Positions 48,115 to 59,777 of a stretch of 64,000 nt of DNA are shown in pieces. The notes under the pieces are model-generated. The model saw only the letters and a program-made list of their open reading frames with translations, made no database searches and was not told the origin of the DNA. How positions within the stretch are numbered: the first letter of the stretch is position 1; the number at the start of each line of letters is the position of its first letter. Origin of the DNA: Ascoidea asiatica JCM 7603 (lineage: Eukaryota; Fungi; Ascomycota); the NCBI GenBank assembly GCA_001600695.1, contig BCKQ01000001.1, positions 1,738,005 to 1,802,004 on the forward strand. The letters run 5' to 3'. A program made the position numbers and the translations under genes.

Positions 48115-48687
48115 ATGTCTGCTTTTTTTTATTCTCCATTTTGGGAATTTGTTGATGCTATTGATGAAAACTTAAATCAAATTCAACGTGTTCTTCCAAA
48201 ACAAGAAAATTCAATCCAAAAAGAAAATAAAAAAATTACAAATAAAGAATCAAAACAAGTTACAAAACCTAAAACAAATGAACCAAGATCTTTAATGTCT
48301 AATTTCTTTAATGATTCTAATGATTGGAACTTAAATTTATCAAATATTATTCCTCCAGTTGATTTAATTAATAATGAAAAAAATTATGAATTACATGTTT
48401 CAATTCCAGGTGCTGAAAAAGATAAAATTAATATTGATTTTAATAGAGAAAATAATTCAATTACAGTTTCTGGTAAAATTGAAGAACATAAAGAAGAAAC
48501 TAAAGGAAATTTCAAATATCAAGAAAGATCAACTGGTTCATTTTCAAGAATTGTTGCTTTACCAAAGAATGAAAGTTTAGATGAAGAACATATTGCTGCC
48601 AATTATACTGATGGTGTTTTAGTTCTTTCAATTCCAAAATTAGGTAAAAAAGAAAGTGAAAATATTCGTCATATTACTATTTCATAA
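48115..48687 (+). CDS. Small heat-shock protein (HSP20/alpha-crystallin family, Hsp26-like)
   Basis: PPVDL...YELHVSIPG...ITVSG...ERSTGSFSRIVALP...IAANYTDGVLVLSIPK; HSEs upstream. Confidence 0.93.
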   Translation: MSAFFYSPFWEFVDAIDENLNQIQRVLPKQENSIQKENKKITNKESKQVTKPKTNEPRSLMSNFFNDSNDWNLNLSNIIPPVDLINNEKNYELHVSIPGAEKDKINIDFNRENNSITVSGKIEEHKEETKGNFKYQERSTGSFSRIVALPKNESLDEEHIAANYTDGVLVLSIPKLGKKESENIRHITIS

Positions 48688-49272
48688 CTGGATAACAAAA
48701 ACCAGTTTATTAATTTTTGAAACTTTTATTTTAATACTTCTTTTGATTTCTCTTTTAAATTTTTTTCATTTTTATTCATTATTTATTTTTTTTCATTTTT
48801 TCATTTTTTCATTTTTTCATTTTTCATTACTTCTTTGAATAACTTCTTTGAATAAATGGTTATATCTTTTTTAGAATTTTAACAAACTGATAAGTAAAAA
48901 TAATATAATTGAAAAAAGAAATAAATTAAATTTGATAGAAATTTACTATTATGTAGACTATGACTATTACTTGTTTGACAATATATAATTGAGTTACTTC
49001 TTGAAGATTTTATTTTTGAATTTCTATTACTTAAAATTGAAGGAGAATGTCTTTTTATGGTTAAATGGGTATTTATACTTAAAACTGAAAAAGATTTATT
49101 TGATTGAAGAATTATTTTTGTTATTGAATTCATATTTTCAACAAATTCAAAATGTAATTCTTCACTAATTCTATCTTCAAATGCCTTTATCATTCTATCC
49201 ATAAAATTTTTTAGTTCATTTATCTAAAGTGATGAATATTTCAAAACATATTTATTAATAAGAAATCCATTT

Positions 49273-50049
49273 TTACTCAATTGATAAAAGATCTTTTTGA
49301 CCATAAATTTCTGATGCAACTAGTGGAATTAAATCATAAATAAATAATGTATCATTATCAATATCATTATCGATATTAATATCAATGATATTATTTTCAG
49401 ATTCAGTTTTATCTTTAATAATTTTATATTTTAAATTTAAAGCACTTTTAGCTAATAATCTTAATTCATTAATTTCATTATAATTTAATAAATCAGATAA
49501 TTTTAATAATATAATTAAAATCCAATTATTTAAATATCCTCTATTTTTTTTATTTATTATTTTTTTTAAATATATTATTAATTTAATATTTAAATTATGA
49601 TCAATTAATTTAATTATTTTAAAACTTGGTTCTGTTTTAATTAAAAAAGTTCTCCATTCTGAGAAATTTTCAGGTAATTCAAAATCATCTTCATTATTTT
49701 CATTATTTTCATTACAATCATCTAAATTATCATTTATTGATTCAATTTCTTTATTATGATATATTTTTTTATCCATTTTGAATTTATTAATTAATTGAAT
49801 TGAATAATTTTTGAAATTTAATTTTTGAATTGATTCTTTATTATTTTTTTTATATGTAATTATATTTGGTCTATTGAGGTTTGTATTTTTATCATTAACT
49901 TGAGTTGTATTCTTTTCATTTAAGAAAAATATATTGCTATTACTTAATTGACTTTCAATTCTAACTGAGGATAAATATGAATTTACATTTTGAGGATTAG
50001 CTTCATATTTTCCAGTGAATTGAAAAGGTAATACCTGTTTCATATCCAT
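49273..50049 (-). CDS. BRR1: Gemin2/Brr1 (SMN-interacting protein 1) family snRNP assembly factor
   Basis: YLSSVRIE, W...L..TEP, WILIILLKL...ELRLLAK and the terminal YGQKDL match the Gemin2 family pattern. Confidence 0.7.
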   Translation of the reverse strand: MDMKQVLPFQFTGKYEANPQNVNSYLSSVRIESQLSNSNIFFLNEKNTTQVNDKNTNLNRPNIITYKKNNKESIQKLNFKNYSIQLINKFKMDKKIYHNKEIESINDNLDDCNENNENNEDDFELPENFSEWRTFLIKTEPSFKIIKLIDHNLNIKLIIYLKKIINKKNRGYLNNWILIILLKLSDLLNYNEINELRLLAKSALNLKYKIIKDKTESENNIIDINIDNDIDNDTLFIYDLIPLVASEIYGQKDLLSIE

Positions 50050-50284
50050 GATGTAACTTTATATTATCTGTTAGTTATATGATTGTTCTTAATTTTGGTT
50101 TATAAATATTGATCTTACTACTTTCTTCTTCTTCTTGATTAGATTCATTCTCTCATTTATTCCTTACAAGGTATTTTCAAAGTTTTTGCCATCTAAAATA
50201 TTTCATCCAAAAAGTTCTTGAATCCAGATTAACGGTACTCCTTCTGGTCCGGGTATTTGAGTTTCTGAAGTGACGTATTCGATG

Positions 50285-50400
50285 AAACTCTTTTATTCTT
50301 TTACTGTACTCTTTAACTCTTTAACTCTTTTACCCTTTTTGTTCTTTTTATTCTTTTTATTCTTTTTGTTCTTTTAATTCTTTTTATTCTTTTGTTATTT
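50285..50400. repeat. Degenerate 9-bp T-rich tandem repeat (CTTTTTRTT/CTCTTTTAC)
   Basis: Runs of TTCTTTTTA/TTCTTTTTG/ACTCTTTA units visible directly. Confidence 0.6.
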
Positions 50401-51300
50401 GTTACATCTTTTTTCTCCTTAAAACGACCTTAACACATTAAAGTTTTCTCTGGTACCTTATTTGATTAAAATATTTCAGTCTAAAAGGACGGACTAACGC
50501 TAATCAAGTCAAATGAACTATCGTTTTTATTTATCTCTTATCATAAATTTACAATAAATGTTACTAATTGTGGATTTTATAAAATTGAACAAACTCATCC
50601 ATAAATGATGAAATTTCAATTATTTTTACATGACACAATTTCAATTTCAATTCCAATTCAGAGTAAATTTCAAGGATATTACGTAAGTTTTTGGTAATTA
50701 TAAAAGATACTCAACAATTTAATTTTATCATATGCCATTTTTAAATTATACGTAATAAATTACTAAAATCTTCCAAGATACTTTTTGTGTGACTAAAAAT
50801 GAGGTTGAATTAATATGAAATTAGGGCTATTGCCCAAGAAGTTGCGGGAGGCTTCTGAATTGGCTGTACAGATCAAGATATTGAAAATGATGATGATTCT
50901 TAATTATATAAATTATAATTACGAATCAGCTAAAATAAGAAACAAATATTTAAAAGTAAAAGTAAATGTGTATTTGAGACATAAATTAAAAGCAAAAACT
51001 ATGTAGTAGGTTTTTGAATAAAATCTTTGCTGAGAAAGAAAAGTAAAACTTGAAATATTTCTAGAAACAATTTTGAGGCTACTTATAGTAAATAAAAAAG
51101 ACTGAAAAGACAGTAAGGATAAAATAAAAATTTGTAAAGACGGAAATATGTGAGTCAAAATAAGGACAACGTATAATTTTTGATTAGAAATAGAATTGTA
51201 TGTTCTTGCAGAAAGTAAAAAGTAATTTGAAAAAAAATAATATCGGAAAAAATGCTGGACTGCAGTTTTGGTTAGTAAAAAAATATCTAAGGAAACCAAT

Positions 51301-52881
51301 TTAATTTTTAATTGTTTTCTTTAACGTGAAATATTTATATGCAAGCTTGACCAATTCTCTTGGAATGTTGAAAAATAATTTTATAGCTTGTGCTCTAGAT
51401 TGATCTTGATTAGGTGATTGATTTGATTGAAAACACAATTGCATAACTGCTGAAAAAGCTTTTGGAGGTACAACTATTTTTTAAGATTTAAGATGGTATA
51501 TATCATCAGGATTTCTGATATAATACAAAACCTTTTTGGATCTGATATAACGACAAAGGAAAATGTCTGATTTCTTCTTGTTTCCATTTGTCATAAATGG
51601 GTTATATAATTCATCAGATACCTTGAAGCGTGCAATTGTCAATCCAGCATTGATTTGATCTAAATATGGTTTGATTTTATGTGAACCAAGATAAAGGAAA
51701 GCATTATTATTTACAATAGAAGCAGTAATACCTTTTATTCAAATTTTAAAGACTTTTAAATAATTAATAGCATTGTTAGATTCATGATTATATAAGAGAC
51801 GATAAATCAGTGATAATATTTCATAATGAAAACCACCCAGGATAAAAGGGATATTGATAGAATTATTATAATATTTGATGCTAAATTTTTTCATTGAGCG
51901 TGGTACTTCAATGTCATTTCTTGTCAGTTGACGAATAACATTATTATTATCAGATTTATGTTTTGCATCATAAAATTTGTACAATCCATATTCATTAATT
52001 GCAACTATAACACTATCTTCAATGTCATAATAAAACATCCACCCAAAATGGTTACAATCATTTGCAGATTTTTAAAAGATTTCAATCATTTGATCATATT
52101 GATAGCTATCCTCTGATATGATTAGTCAAATATTTTAAGCAATTCTTAATTTATCTATTAAAGACATAAATTTAACTTTAATTGCTTTGGGAATTGATTT
52201 AGTTGATTCTAATTCAACTTTTACTACACCCTCTAGCATATGCTTATTACCTAGTGTTTTGACATCACTCGTTTCTTCAACAGTATATTCAATATTTAAT
52301 AGTTCCTTGGCTTTACAAACCTTTGTGTTGAAATCTGGAGAAATGACTGGCTCACCAAAGTTTAACATATATGGAATCTCATCATCTGAAATATCAATAA
52401 TGTCAGTATCTTCCTCCTCAATGGTATCAGCACTATTTTTATTAATTATTGAAATAGATGGGGCCTAGAGTAAATCGTGCTCAGAATTAGGAAGAGGTGG
52501 AAATATAAGTTTTGATTCAGGTTCAATGTCAGAGTTAGAGGATGAAGCGTTCTTATCTGGAGAGGTTGTTGACGTTGCCGTATGTTTGATAAGAGATAAT
52601 GAGGATAAAGAATTTGTTGTTGATCCTCAAATTTGCTTGCTAAGACATAATGAGGATGTAGAATTTGATCTTGATGTTGAACTGTGCTGATCAGTGATAG
52701 GTGATTTCAAAACATTAGTTGTAGAAGAATTAGCTATAGTTGAAACATTATTGATTCACTAAATAGTATCAGGAGTAGTTGGTGTAATTTGCGTTAAAGC
52801 TGATGTAGTTAAATTAGTGGAGTAAAATGAATTGGTTGATATTCATGAATTAGATGATTTAGAAAAATTAGGTAAATCCAT
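51301..52881 (-). pseudogene. 527-codon gene or element relic with 10 internal in-frame stops and no frameshift
   Basis: Manual translation from ATG 52881 (MDLPNFSKSS...) stays in one frame through ORF-track fragments 52135-52368 and 51739-52038 to TAA at 51303-51301. It reads as a Ser/Thr-rich N-terminus, an acidic patch, then globular-looking sequence. Confidence 0.8.
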
Positions 52882-52980
52882 TGCGTCAGCTTAGTTAGTT
52901 GAATTTTTAAATTAGCTGATATTTATGTATTGGTTAAATTAGTTAAATTAGTAATATTTGTTGAATTGATTTTATTAGTG

Positions 52981-53063
52981 GAGTTAGCTAAGTTAGTTAA
53001 GTTAGTTAAGTTATTTGAGTAAGTTGAGTTAGTTGAGTTAGTTGAGCTAGTTGAGTTAGTTAA
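52981..53063. repeat. 9-bp tandem repeat (GTTAGTTRA), about 9 degenerate copies
   Basis: gagttagctaagttagttaagttagttaag...gttgagttagttgagttagttgagctagttgagttagttaa, in the leader of the relic gene. Confidence 0.75.
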
Positions 53064-55335
53064 TATTTTTATCATTTATTGAATAATATTAATTTATTTA
53101 ATGGTTTTAATTGATTTTTGGATAGATTATTTAAATTGTTTTGTTTAGTTTGTTTTATCTTTTTTTGAAAATTTTGCAGTGGATGCATATGTGGTAAATT
53201 TGGATTATATTGTTATGGAAATTGAATCACGGGATTTTTTGTTTTTTGGGGGTTGGAAAAGGGAGGTCTGAAAGATCCTGTTAGGAGTTAATTATTGACA
53301 ACTCATAAACGAGAGTCAAATGGTTTAAGTATGGAACTTAAACCTGGAGCAGGTTTTGCTACACTATTAATCAGCTGCGCTTTTCTCCGATTGATTTGAA
53401 TGTATACGAATTAAAGGGCCCCGTAAATAAGCTTGCCATAACGGTTGACAGTGTTCCGCGGCTTACTCTCGGGGTTGTTGTTGTGTAATTGGGAAATTTT
53501 CAAATGTTTTTTTTTTCGCTGATAATTTCTTCAGGATTTGATGAATCTGTCTCGTAATTGGCACTTTCACGATGGTTTCACAAATCATTGGCCGGATGCA
53601 TGCGTGTACAGCGGTTTTGAACTGGGTTGCAAACCAGTTTCAAGGATTAAGAATCTAAAAACAAAGATCAAGGATCAAAAAGAATCATCTGTTCTTTTTT
53701 TGGTTATTTAATGGATTTTTTAAGAAAATATATTTATTTTTATGATGTTCATGTTTTCAGTGAATAAATTTCCTGAAAAATTAGTCTATAAATTTATTAT
53801 AATTGATATCATCTTTCTTAATGAATGATCAAGAAAAATAATATTTTAATACGATGCAATACTAGTTAGTAATGGATGAGTATGTTTCAAACAAAAGATT
53901 AGGCACTTTAAGTTACAAATACTTCTTGAGCTGCTAAATTGTTTTATTATACGATGGAATGAAATATACAGATTTAATCTCGAACCATTATATTCACTGT
54001 AATTAATTTGAATCTTTTTTTTTTTTTTGGGGCTCAATTCCAAAAAAAAACTAATGAAGACAAAATCTTTTGGAAAATATTTCAAGTCAAGTCAAGTCAA
54101 AAAAAAAAAAAAAAAACCTCAAAAAAATTAAAAGTGTTATTGGCCTGCCTCATTTTCTTTTTTTTCTTCCTTTTTTTTCTCTTCTTTTTTTAATTTTTTA
54201 AATCTCTGTAACTTTAACCATTCACAGTTTTGAATATTGTCAAAATCAATTCCCATGGGGGCATAATTCTTTCTCACAGCCATATTAAAGAAAATATTAA
54301 GACTTTACTTATTTGATAATAATTCAAGTTCAAATTAAAGTCCTTTTTTTTACTTTGGTAATTAATAGAGAGAATCAATTGAAAAATAAAATTAGATTAC
54401 GTAGGATAAATAAAAATGAATAACTTCATTTAAAAATATACGATTTCAAAAAGATGTAAAAAAATTACCTTTAATATCACAAAATGTCTTAAATATTTCT
54501 CCCAGTTATTTCTTCTGATTTTTCTTTTTTTTTTAACGAGATCGACATAATTTGTAAATCAAATAAAGGCTTATGATTGAATAATTTAAATGATTAGTAA
54601 AATTAATTCATCAAATTTTTTGAATTTTTTGTAAATCTGGTTTAAGCCGATTTTTTCAAGAAGTATATATAATAAAATTGAAAAAAAAGGGAAGATAATA
54701 GTAACTTTTTATAATCACATCATTTTTTTTTTTTTTTTTCTTTTTTTTTTCCTCTTTTAAATATAAAATTCACCCAGGGTCAAAAAAAAATGTCTGTACC
54801 TTTTTTAAATTTTACTTTTTTTCGTAGTTTTTCGTAATGTTATATCAATTCAGATACTGTATATTATTATTCATAGGATATGTATAATGTAAAACAAAAA
54901 ATGAAAAATGAAATATTAAAAAAGGTATGTTGATGATAATAATTGAAATAATTGTGTGGCATCGTACTTTTAAACTTTACTTAACATTTAATTGCTTATA
55001 TGAACCGTAAATATCTAAGAGAGATTTAATTATTTATTTATTTATTTATTTGTTTAGTTATTTGTTTAGTTATTAAAACTTTGAGAAAGTTATTTGAAGT
55101 ATAGAGTGAATAAAAGTTGTAAAAGTTACTGATAATACGATAAAATCCCATAATTTTAAATTTAACAGAATGTTTAGTCTCCTTTAAAATATATTGTATA
55201 AATATGAATTAAAAGAACCAGTTTTTAATCGAAATTGTGATATTACTTTATTTCTATAAAAATAGTAAAAGTAAAAGTAAAAGTAAAAGTAATTAATACT
55301 TATATACTAGATATTTAATATACAGTATAATTATA

Positions 55336-55668
55336 ATGTTTATGGTTGATAGAAGTAGAGGAAATATGGGTAATAATAATAGTAATAATAATCCAGATAA
55401 ATATGATGATGATTTTGAATGGTTTGATGGAGCTTATAGATTTGGAGAACATGTTATATTTGTAAAATATGATAATATTGTAAGAGTTCAAACAAGAGAA
55501 GAATTTCAATATATTGCAAGAGGACCAGATGAATATTTTAATCATACAGGACCATTAAAATTTGGAGAAACAACATTATTTTTAGAAAATGGTAATATGG
55601 TTAGAATTGAATCTAAAAAACAAATTCCTGGATATCATTATAAAGATGATGTTGATATGAGTTGGTAA
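55336..55668 (+). CDS. Small hypothetical protein with an internal two-fold repeat
   Basis: 110 codons, A/T-ending codons like the host genes, complex composition (G, R, W, Y, H), A at -3 of the ATG. Confidence 0.7.
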   Translation: MFMVDRSRGNMGNNNSNNNPDKYDDDFEWFDGAYRFGEHVIFVKYDNIVRVQTREEFQYIARGPDEYFNHTGPLKFGETTLFLENGNMVRIESKKQIPGYHYKDDVDMSW

Positions 55669-55926
55669 TTTTAAACAATTCAAATTATTTTTTAACTATC
55701 TATTGATTTACTTCTACTTTTTTTTTTTTCATTATTTTCATCATCATTACTTGAATTTCTACACTTTATTTTTCTAAAGTTTTCAACAGTATTCCATTGG
55801 TTTTTTTCTCATTGTTTTTTTGGTTTTAATTCACTTCTTTTTTTAGCATTTATAGTTTATAAAAATGATTCCTAAATATAATCCATAATATACAGTATGT
55901 TTATGGAATTTGTTTCTTTATATTTA

Positions 55927-55998
55927 AGTATCATTACCAGTAATAGTATCATTACCAGTAATAGTATCATTACCAGTAATAGTATCATTACCAGTAAT
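55927..55998. repeat. Perfect 18-bp minisatellite x4 (AGTATCATTACCAGTAAT)
   Basis: Four identical copies at 55927, 55945, 55963 and 55981, then a degenerate tail. Confidence 0.95.
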
Positions 55999-56714
55999 AG
56001 TATCAGTAATAGTAGCAATAACGTTAGTAGTTCGCTTTCGTTTATCTTCCCTGACCGGAAACGTGCCTCCAGCGCAAGCGTTTAAACCGCAAAGCAACCC
56101 AAAGCAGACCCACAGCAGTGGCGCCAGAGAAGAACCGGGGAAAGAAAGACCGTTTACCGAACTGATTACGGCTGAGCAGTCCGTTTTCAAAGGGGGTCTT
56201 ACTAGTTACTTCTTATGAAGGATCCGAAGCTCAGTACTGGTTCACCGGGGAAACACATGAGAACACTCCAGACCCCTGGGCTCCCCAACGGCAAGCTGTC
56301 CTTGCCCAGGCCTTGTTCAGGCCTTGTTATTGCCGGAGCTGCGTATTGCTCGCGAGCGGAGGAAGCCCAACTAAAATATAATACCACAATATATTAAAGT
56401 AACTGTTGATGTTGAACTAAACTATCTGAAATATATTGAATAAAGAATAGAATTAGAATTAGAATTAGAACTAGAATTAGAATTAAAACTATTAATATTT
56501 AATATACCAATACTTATATTGTCTAAAACTAGGTCCATTCACTTTGGAATACAATGTAAATGAAATTTTAACTTCAAGTTTCTAAAATACTATCTTTATT
56601 AGCTTACATACTTAGACTGCTACTTACAATATTGTTTGTATTCTATATTCAAGTTATATTCTTTCATTAATAATCATATACTCAATTTCAACTTCTTATT
56701 AATATAATTTTAAA

Positions 56715-59700
56715 ATGTCAAATTGGATTTCTTCTCTTGCCTCTCATAATAACAATCAACATGTTAATAATAAATTAGAAAATAATAAAAAATCAATGAT
56801 TTTAACTAATGGTGATTTAAAAAAAATAAATAAAGAAAATATAAATGAAAATCAAATTGAAAATGAAAATAATAATAATAACATTAATAACATTAATAAC
56901 ATCAATAACATCAAAGAAATTAAATCAAAATTAAATCCACAGAATTTATCAAGTCAAATAATACCTGAAGATAGTTCGATTAATCAAAATAATAATATAT
57001 CTAATGATATTAATATATTATCAAATCCATTAATACTTGAAAATTCTCAATTAGAATTACCTTTTGGTGATGGTTCTGATAAAATATTTGGTATGGAAAA
57101 TTTTGGTAATACTTGTTATTGTAATTCAATTTTACAATGTCTTTATTATACTAAATTATTTAGACAATATATTTTATCTTTACCACAATCTTTTGAAAAT
57201 TTACCAAGACATAAAAAATTTACAATGATTGGTAAAAAACCTCATGTTTTTGTATTAGCTGCCCAAAAACAAGCTAATTCTCAAAATTCTGATAATAATC
57301 ATGATAATATTAATAATAATAATAATTCTAGTAATACTAATAATTCAAATAATGATAGTAATGATAGTAATAATATCATAAATGGTGATAATAATAATGA
57401 CTCAAATATTTCACTTAAAAATAAATTGACGAAAAGAAGATCTATATTCAAATCTCAAAAAGATAAAGATAAAGATAAAGATAAGGATAAAGACAAAGAT
57501 AAAGACAAAGACAAAGAGAAAGACAAAGAAAAGGATAAAGAAAAAGAAAAAGAAAAAGATAAAGATGATAATACTCAAAATATCAATAACAATAATAGTT
57601 CAAGTGTTACTGATCTTATAAGTGGGAAGTATACTTATAAATATTTAACTTCAAAAGACTCTAATTCTCAAGATCTTTCAAAATCTGATCAAAATATAAA
57701 TACTAATAATAATAATAATAATAACCATAATAATAATAATTTATTTGAAAATTGTATACCTCAAGAAAAAAATCAAATTTTAAAACATAATATTGTATTA
57801 GTTGGTAATACTGGTGATCCTGCTTCTACAGGTGATGTAAGAAAAAGAAAAGCAATGTTAAATGGTCCTATATTAAATATAGATCATTCTTTAAGTTCAT
57901 CTTATAATATGGATTATTCAATGTTTACTGCTTTAAAAGATATTTTTGAATGTATGGTTGAAAATGAAAGTAATATTGGTATTGTTAGTCCAAGTTTTAT
58001 TATTGAAGTTTTAAAAAAAGAAAATGAATTATTTAGAAGTTCAATGCATCAAGATGCTCATGAATTTTTTAATTTTTTATTAAATAATGTATTTGAAGCT
58101 GTTGATAATTTTGCAAAATTACAAAATAATAATAATGATAATGATAATTTAGAAATTTCAATTAATAAAAAAAGAAATAAAAGAAATAATTGGATTCATG
58201 ATTTATTTGAAGGTTCTTTAACAAGTGAAACTAAATGTTTAACATGTGAAAAAGTTTCTTCAAGAGATGAAAAATTTCTTGATTTATCAATAGATTTAGA
58301 AAAAAATTCATCTGTAACTTCATGTTTAAAACAATTTTCTGCAAGTGAAGTTTTAACTGAAGATAATAAATTTTTTTGTGATAATTGTTGTTCATTACAA
58401 GAAGCAACAAAAAGAATAATTTTAAAAAAATTACCAAAAATTCTATCTTTACATTTAAAAAGATTTAAATATATTGAAGAAGTTGATAAAAATGTTAAAT
58501 TATTTCATAGAGTTAGTTATCCATTACATTTAAGATTATTTAATACTTCAAAAGATACTATAAATTCAGATAGATTATATGAATTATATGCTGTTGTTGT
58601 TCATATTGGTGGTGGTCCATATCATGGTCATTATGTTTCTTTAATTAAAACTGAACATAAAGGTTGGCTTTTATTTGATGATGAAACTGTTGAAAAAATT
58701 GATGAAAATTATGTTTTAAAATTTTTTGGTGATGGTCCAGGTTTAGCTTCTGCATATGTTTTATTTTATAATGAAATTTCTGAAGAAGAATATTATAAAC
58801 AAAGTTTATTTAAAGCTTTTGAATTTGATTTAAATGATTCAAAACTTGATTTTCAACAACCTTCAAATGGTAATGGAATTAAAATTACTCCAAATGATAA
58901 ATCTAATATAAATAATAATTCACCAATGGATTTGAATAAAGATTCAAATAAAATTAAAAATGAAGAAATTACTAATGGGCATTTAAGTGAATCAAAATCC
59001 AATGAAACAATTATACTTGAAAATGGAAGTATATCTTCTCCAACTTCTAATGCTTTTGAAAATAATAATAATATTAATAATAATAAAAATGAAGATTTAA
59101 AATCTCCAAAAAGACATTCACTTTATAAACCTTTTAGTAAAGATTCACTGTTATTACATTCCAATAATTCATTATCAAATAATTCAAGTGTGACAAGATC
59201 TTCATCTAGAAGAAGTTTCACTCATTTTAAGTTTGATCATAAAGAAAAAAATCACAAAGAAAAAATAATTCCTTCTAGAAATAAAGATTATGAAAAGAGT
59301 TTAGAAAAGGAAAAAGCTAAATTAAAAGCTGAAGAAGAGAAACATGAAAGAGAAAAGTTGGAAAAGAAAAAATTAGAAAAAGAACACTTAGAAAAAGAGA
59401 AATTAGAAAAGGAAAAACATCATCACAAGCCTGTTCAAATTCCAGAGCTTAAAGATAAACATAAATCAGGAGAAGAACCACGTAGCCCTCGTGGACTTGG
59501 ACTTCAACGTCGTATTTCATCTTTTACTTCCCTGAGTAGAACAAAAACTAATAATAATCATTCTCATACACTGAATCATACCTCTAAGCTGAGACCATGG
59601 ACACCTCATGGAAAGGAGGAACAGCCAAAGGTAGAAACTCCTCATAATCAAACTTTCAATCATGAAGTTTCTAGTAAAGATGCTGTTAAGGAGGATAATA

Positions 59701-59777
59701 AAACTGAGCAAAAAAAATCTTCTTCTGATAATAAAACGGAAAAAAAGAGTAAATTCCGTTTTAAAAAGATTTTCTAA
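56715..59777 (+). CDS. UBP13: Ubiquitin-specific protease Ubp9/Ubp13 (USP12/46, CreB family)
   Basis: [29 protein letters not shown] Cys box, [24 protein letters not shown] His box, WLLFDDE. Confidence 0.9.
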   Translation: MSNWISSLASHNNNQHVNNKLENNKKSMILTNGDLKKINKENINENQIENENNNNNINNINNINNIKEIKSKLNPQNLSSQIIPEDSSINQNNNISNDINILSNPLILENSQLELPFGDGSDKIFGMENFGNTCYCNSILQCLYYTKLFRQYILSLPQSFENLPRHKKFTMIGKKPHVFVLAAQKQANSQNSDNNHDNINNNNNSSNTNNSNNDSNDSNNIINGDNNNDSNISLKNKLTKRRSIFKSQKDKDKDKDKDKDKDKDKDKEKDKEKDKEKEKEKDKDDNTQNINNNNSSSVTDLISGKYTYKYLTSKDSNSQDLSKSDQNINTNNNNNNNHNNNNLFENCIPQEKNQILKHNIVLVGNTGDPASTGDVRKRKAMLNGPILNIDHSLSSSYNMDYSMFTALKDIFECMVENESNIGIVSPSFIIEVLKKENELFRSSMHQDAHEFFNFLLNNVFEAVDNFAKLQNNNNDNDNLEISINKKRNKRNNWIHDLFEGSLTSETKCLTCEKVSSRDEKFLDLSIDLEKNSSVTSCLKQFSASEVLTEDNKFFCDNCCSLQEATKRIILKKLPKILSLHLKRFKYIEEVDKNVKLFHRVSYPLHLRLFNTSKDTINSDRLYELYAVVVHIGGGPYHGHYVSLIKTEHKGWLLFDDETVEKIDENYVLKFFGDGPGLASAYVLFYNEISEEEYYKQSLFKAFEFDLNDSKLDFQQPSNGNGIKITPNDKSNINNNSPMDLNKDSNKIKNEEITNGHLSESKSNETIILENGSISSPTSNAFENNNNINNNKNEDLKSPKRHSLYKPFSKDSLLLHSNNSLSNNSSVTRSSSRRSFTHFKFDHKEKNHKEKIIPSRNKDYEKSLEKEKAKLKAEEEKHEREKLEKKKLEKEHLEKEKLEKEKHHHKPVQIPELKDKHKSGEEPRSPRGLGLQRRISSFTSLSRTKTNNNHSHTLNHTSKLRPWTPHGKEEQPKVETPHNQTFNHEVSSKDAVKEDNKTEQKKSSSDNKTEKKSKFRFKKIF

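Noticed and set aside
50822-50858. GC hairpins (GGGC-TATT-GCCC) as a Helitron 3' end
   Set aside because: No CTRR terminus at the expected distance and no Rep/helicase remnant.
51260-51277. TACTAAC...CAG on the minus strand as a 3' splice site
   Set aside because: No canonical 5' splice site found upstream and no convincing exon downstream.
51301-52881. Relic explained by mitochondrial code (TGA=Trp) or A-to-I stop editing
   Set aside because: TAA and TAG stops are also present, and ten Trp residues (several in a Ser/Thr-rich disordered part, two adjacent) are implausible. Gln/Arg fits better.
53660-55300. Centromere in the AT-rich gene-free stretch
   Set aside because: No CDEI/II/III arrangement, and a regional centromere cannot be called from sequence alone.
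55927-55998. CRISPR-like array
   Set aside because: Head-to-tail repeats with no spacers, in a eukaryotic context.
55897-56397. Short ORFs 55897-56085, 55924-56190, 56202-56387 and 56215-56397
   Set aside because: They arise from the 18-bp repeat and the stop-poor GC island, with atypical codon use and no motifs.
57460-57570. DK/EK hexanucleotide repeats and poly-Asn runs in UBP13, BUD14, YNG2 and CCZ1 as special elements
   Set aside because: Window-wide slippage-type low complexity in linkers, not locus-specific.
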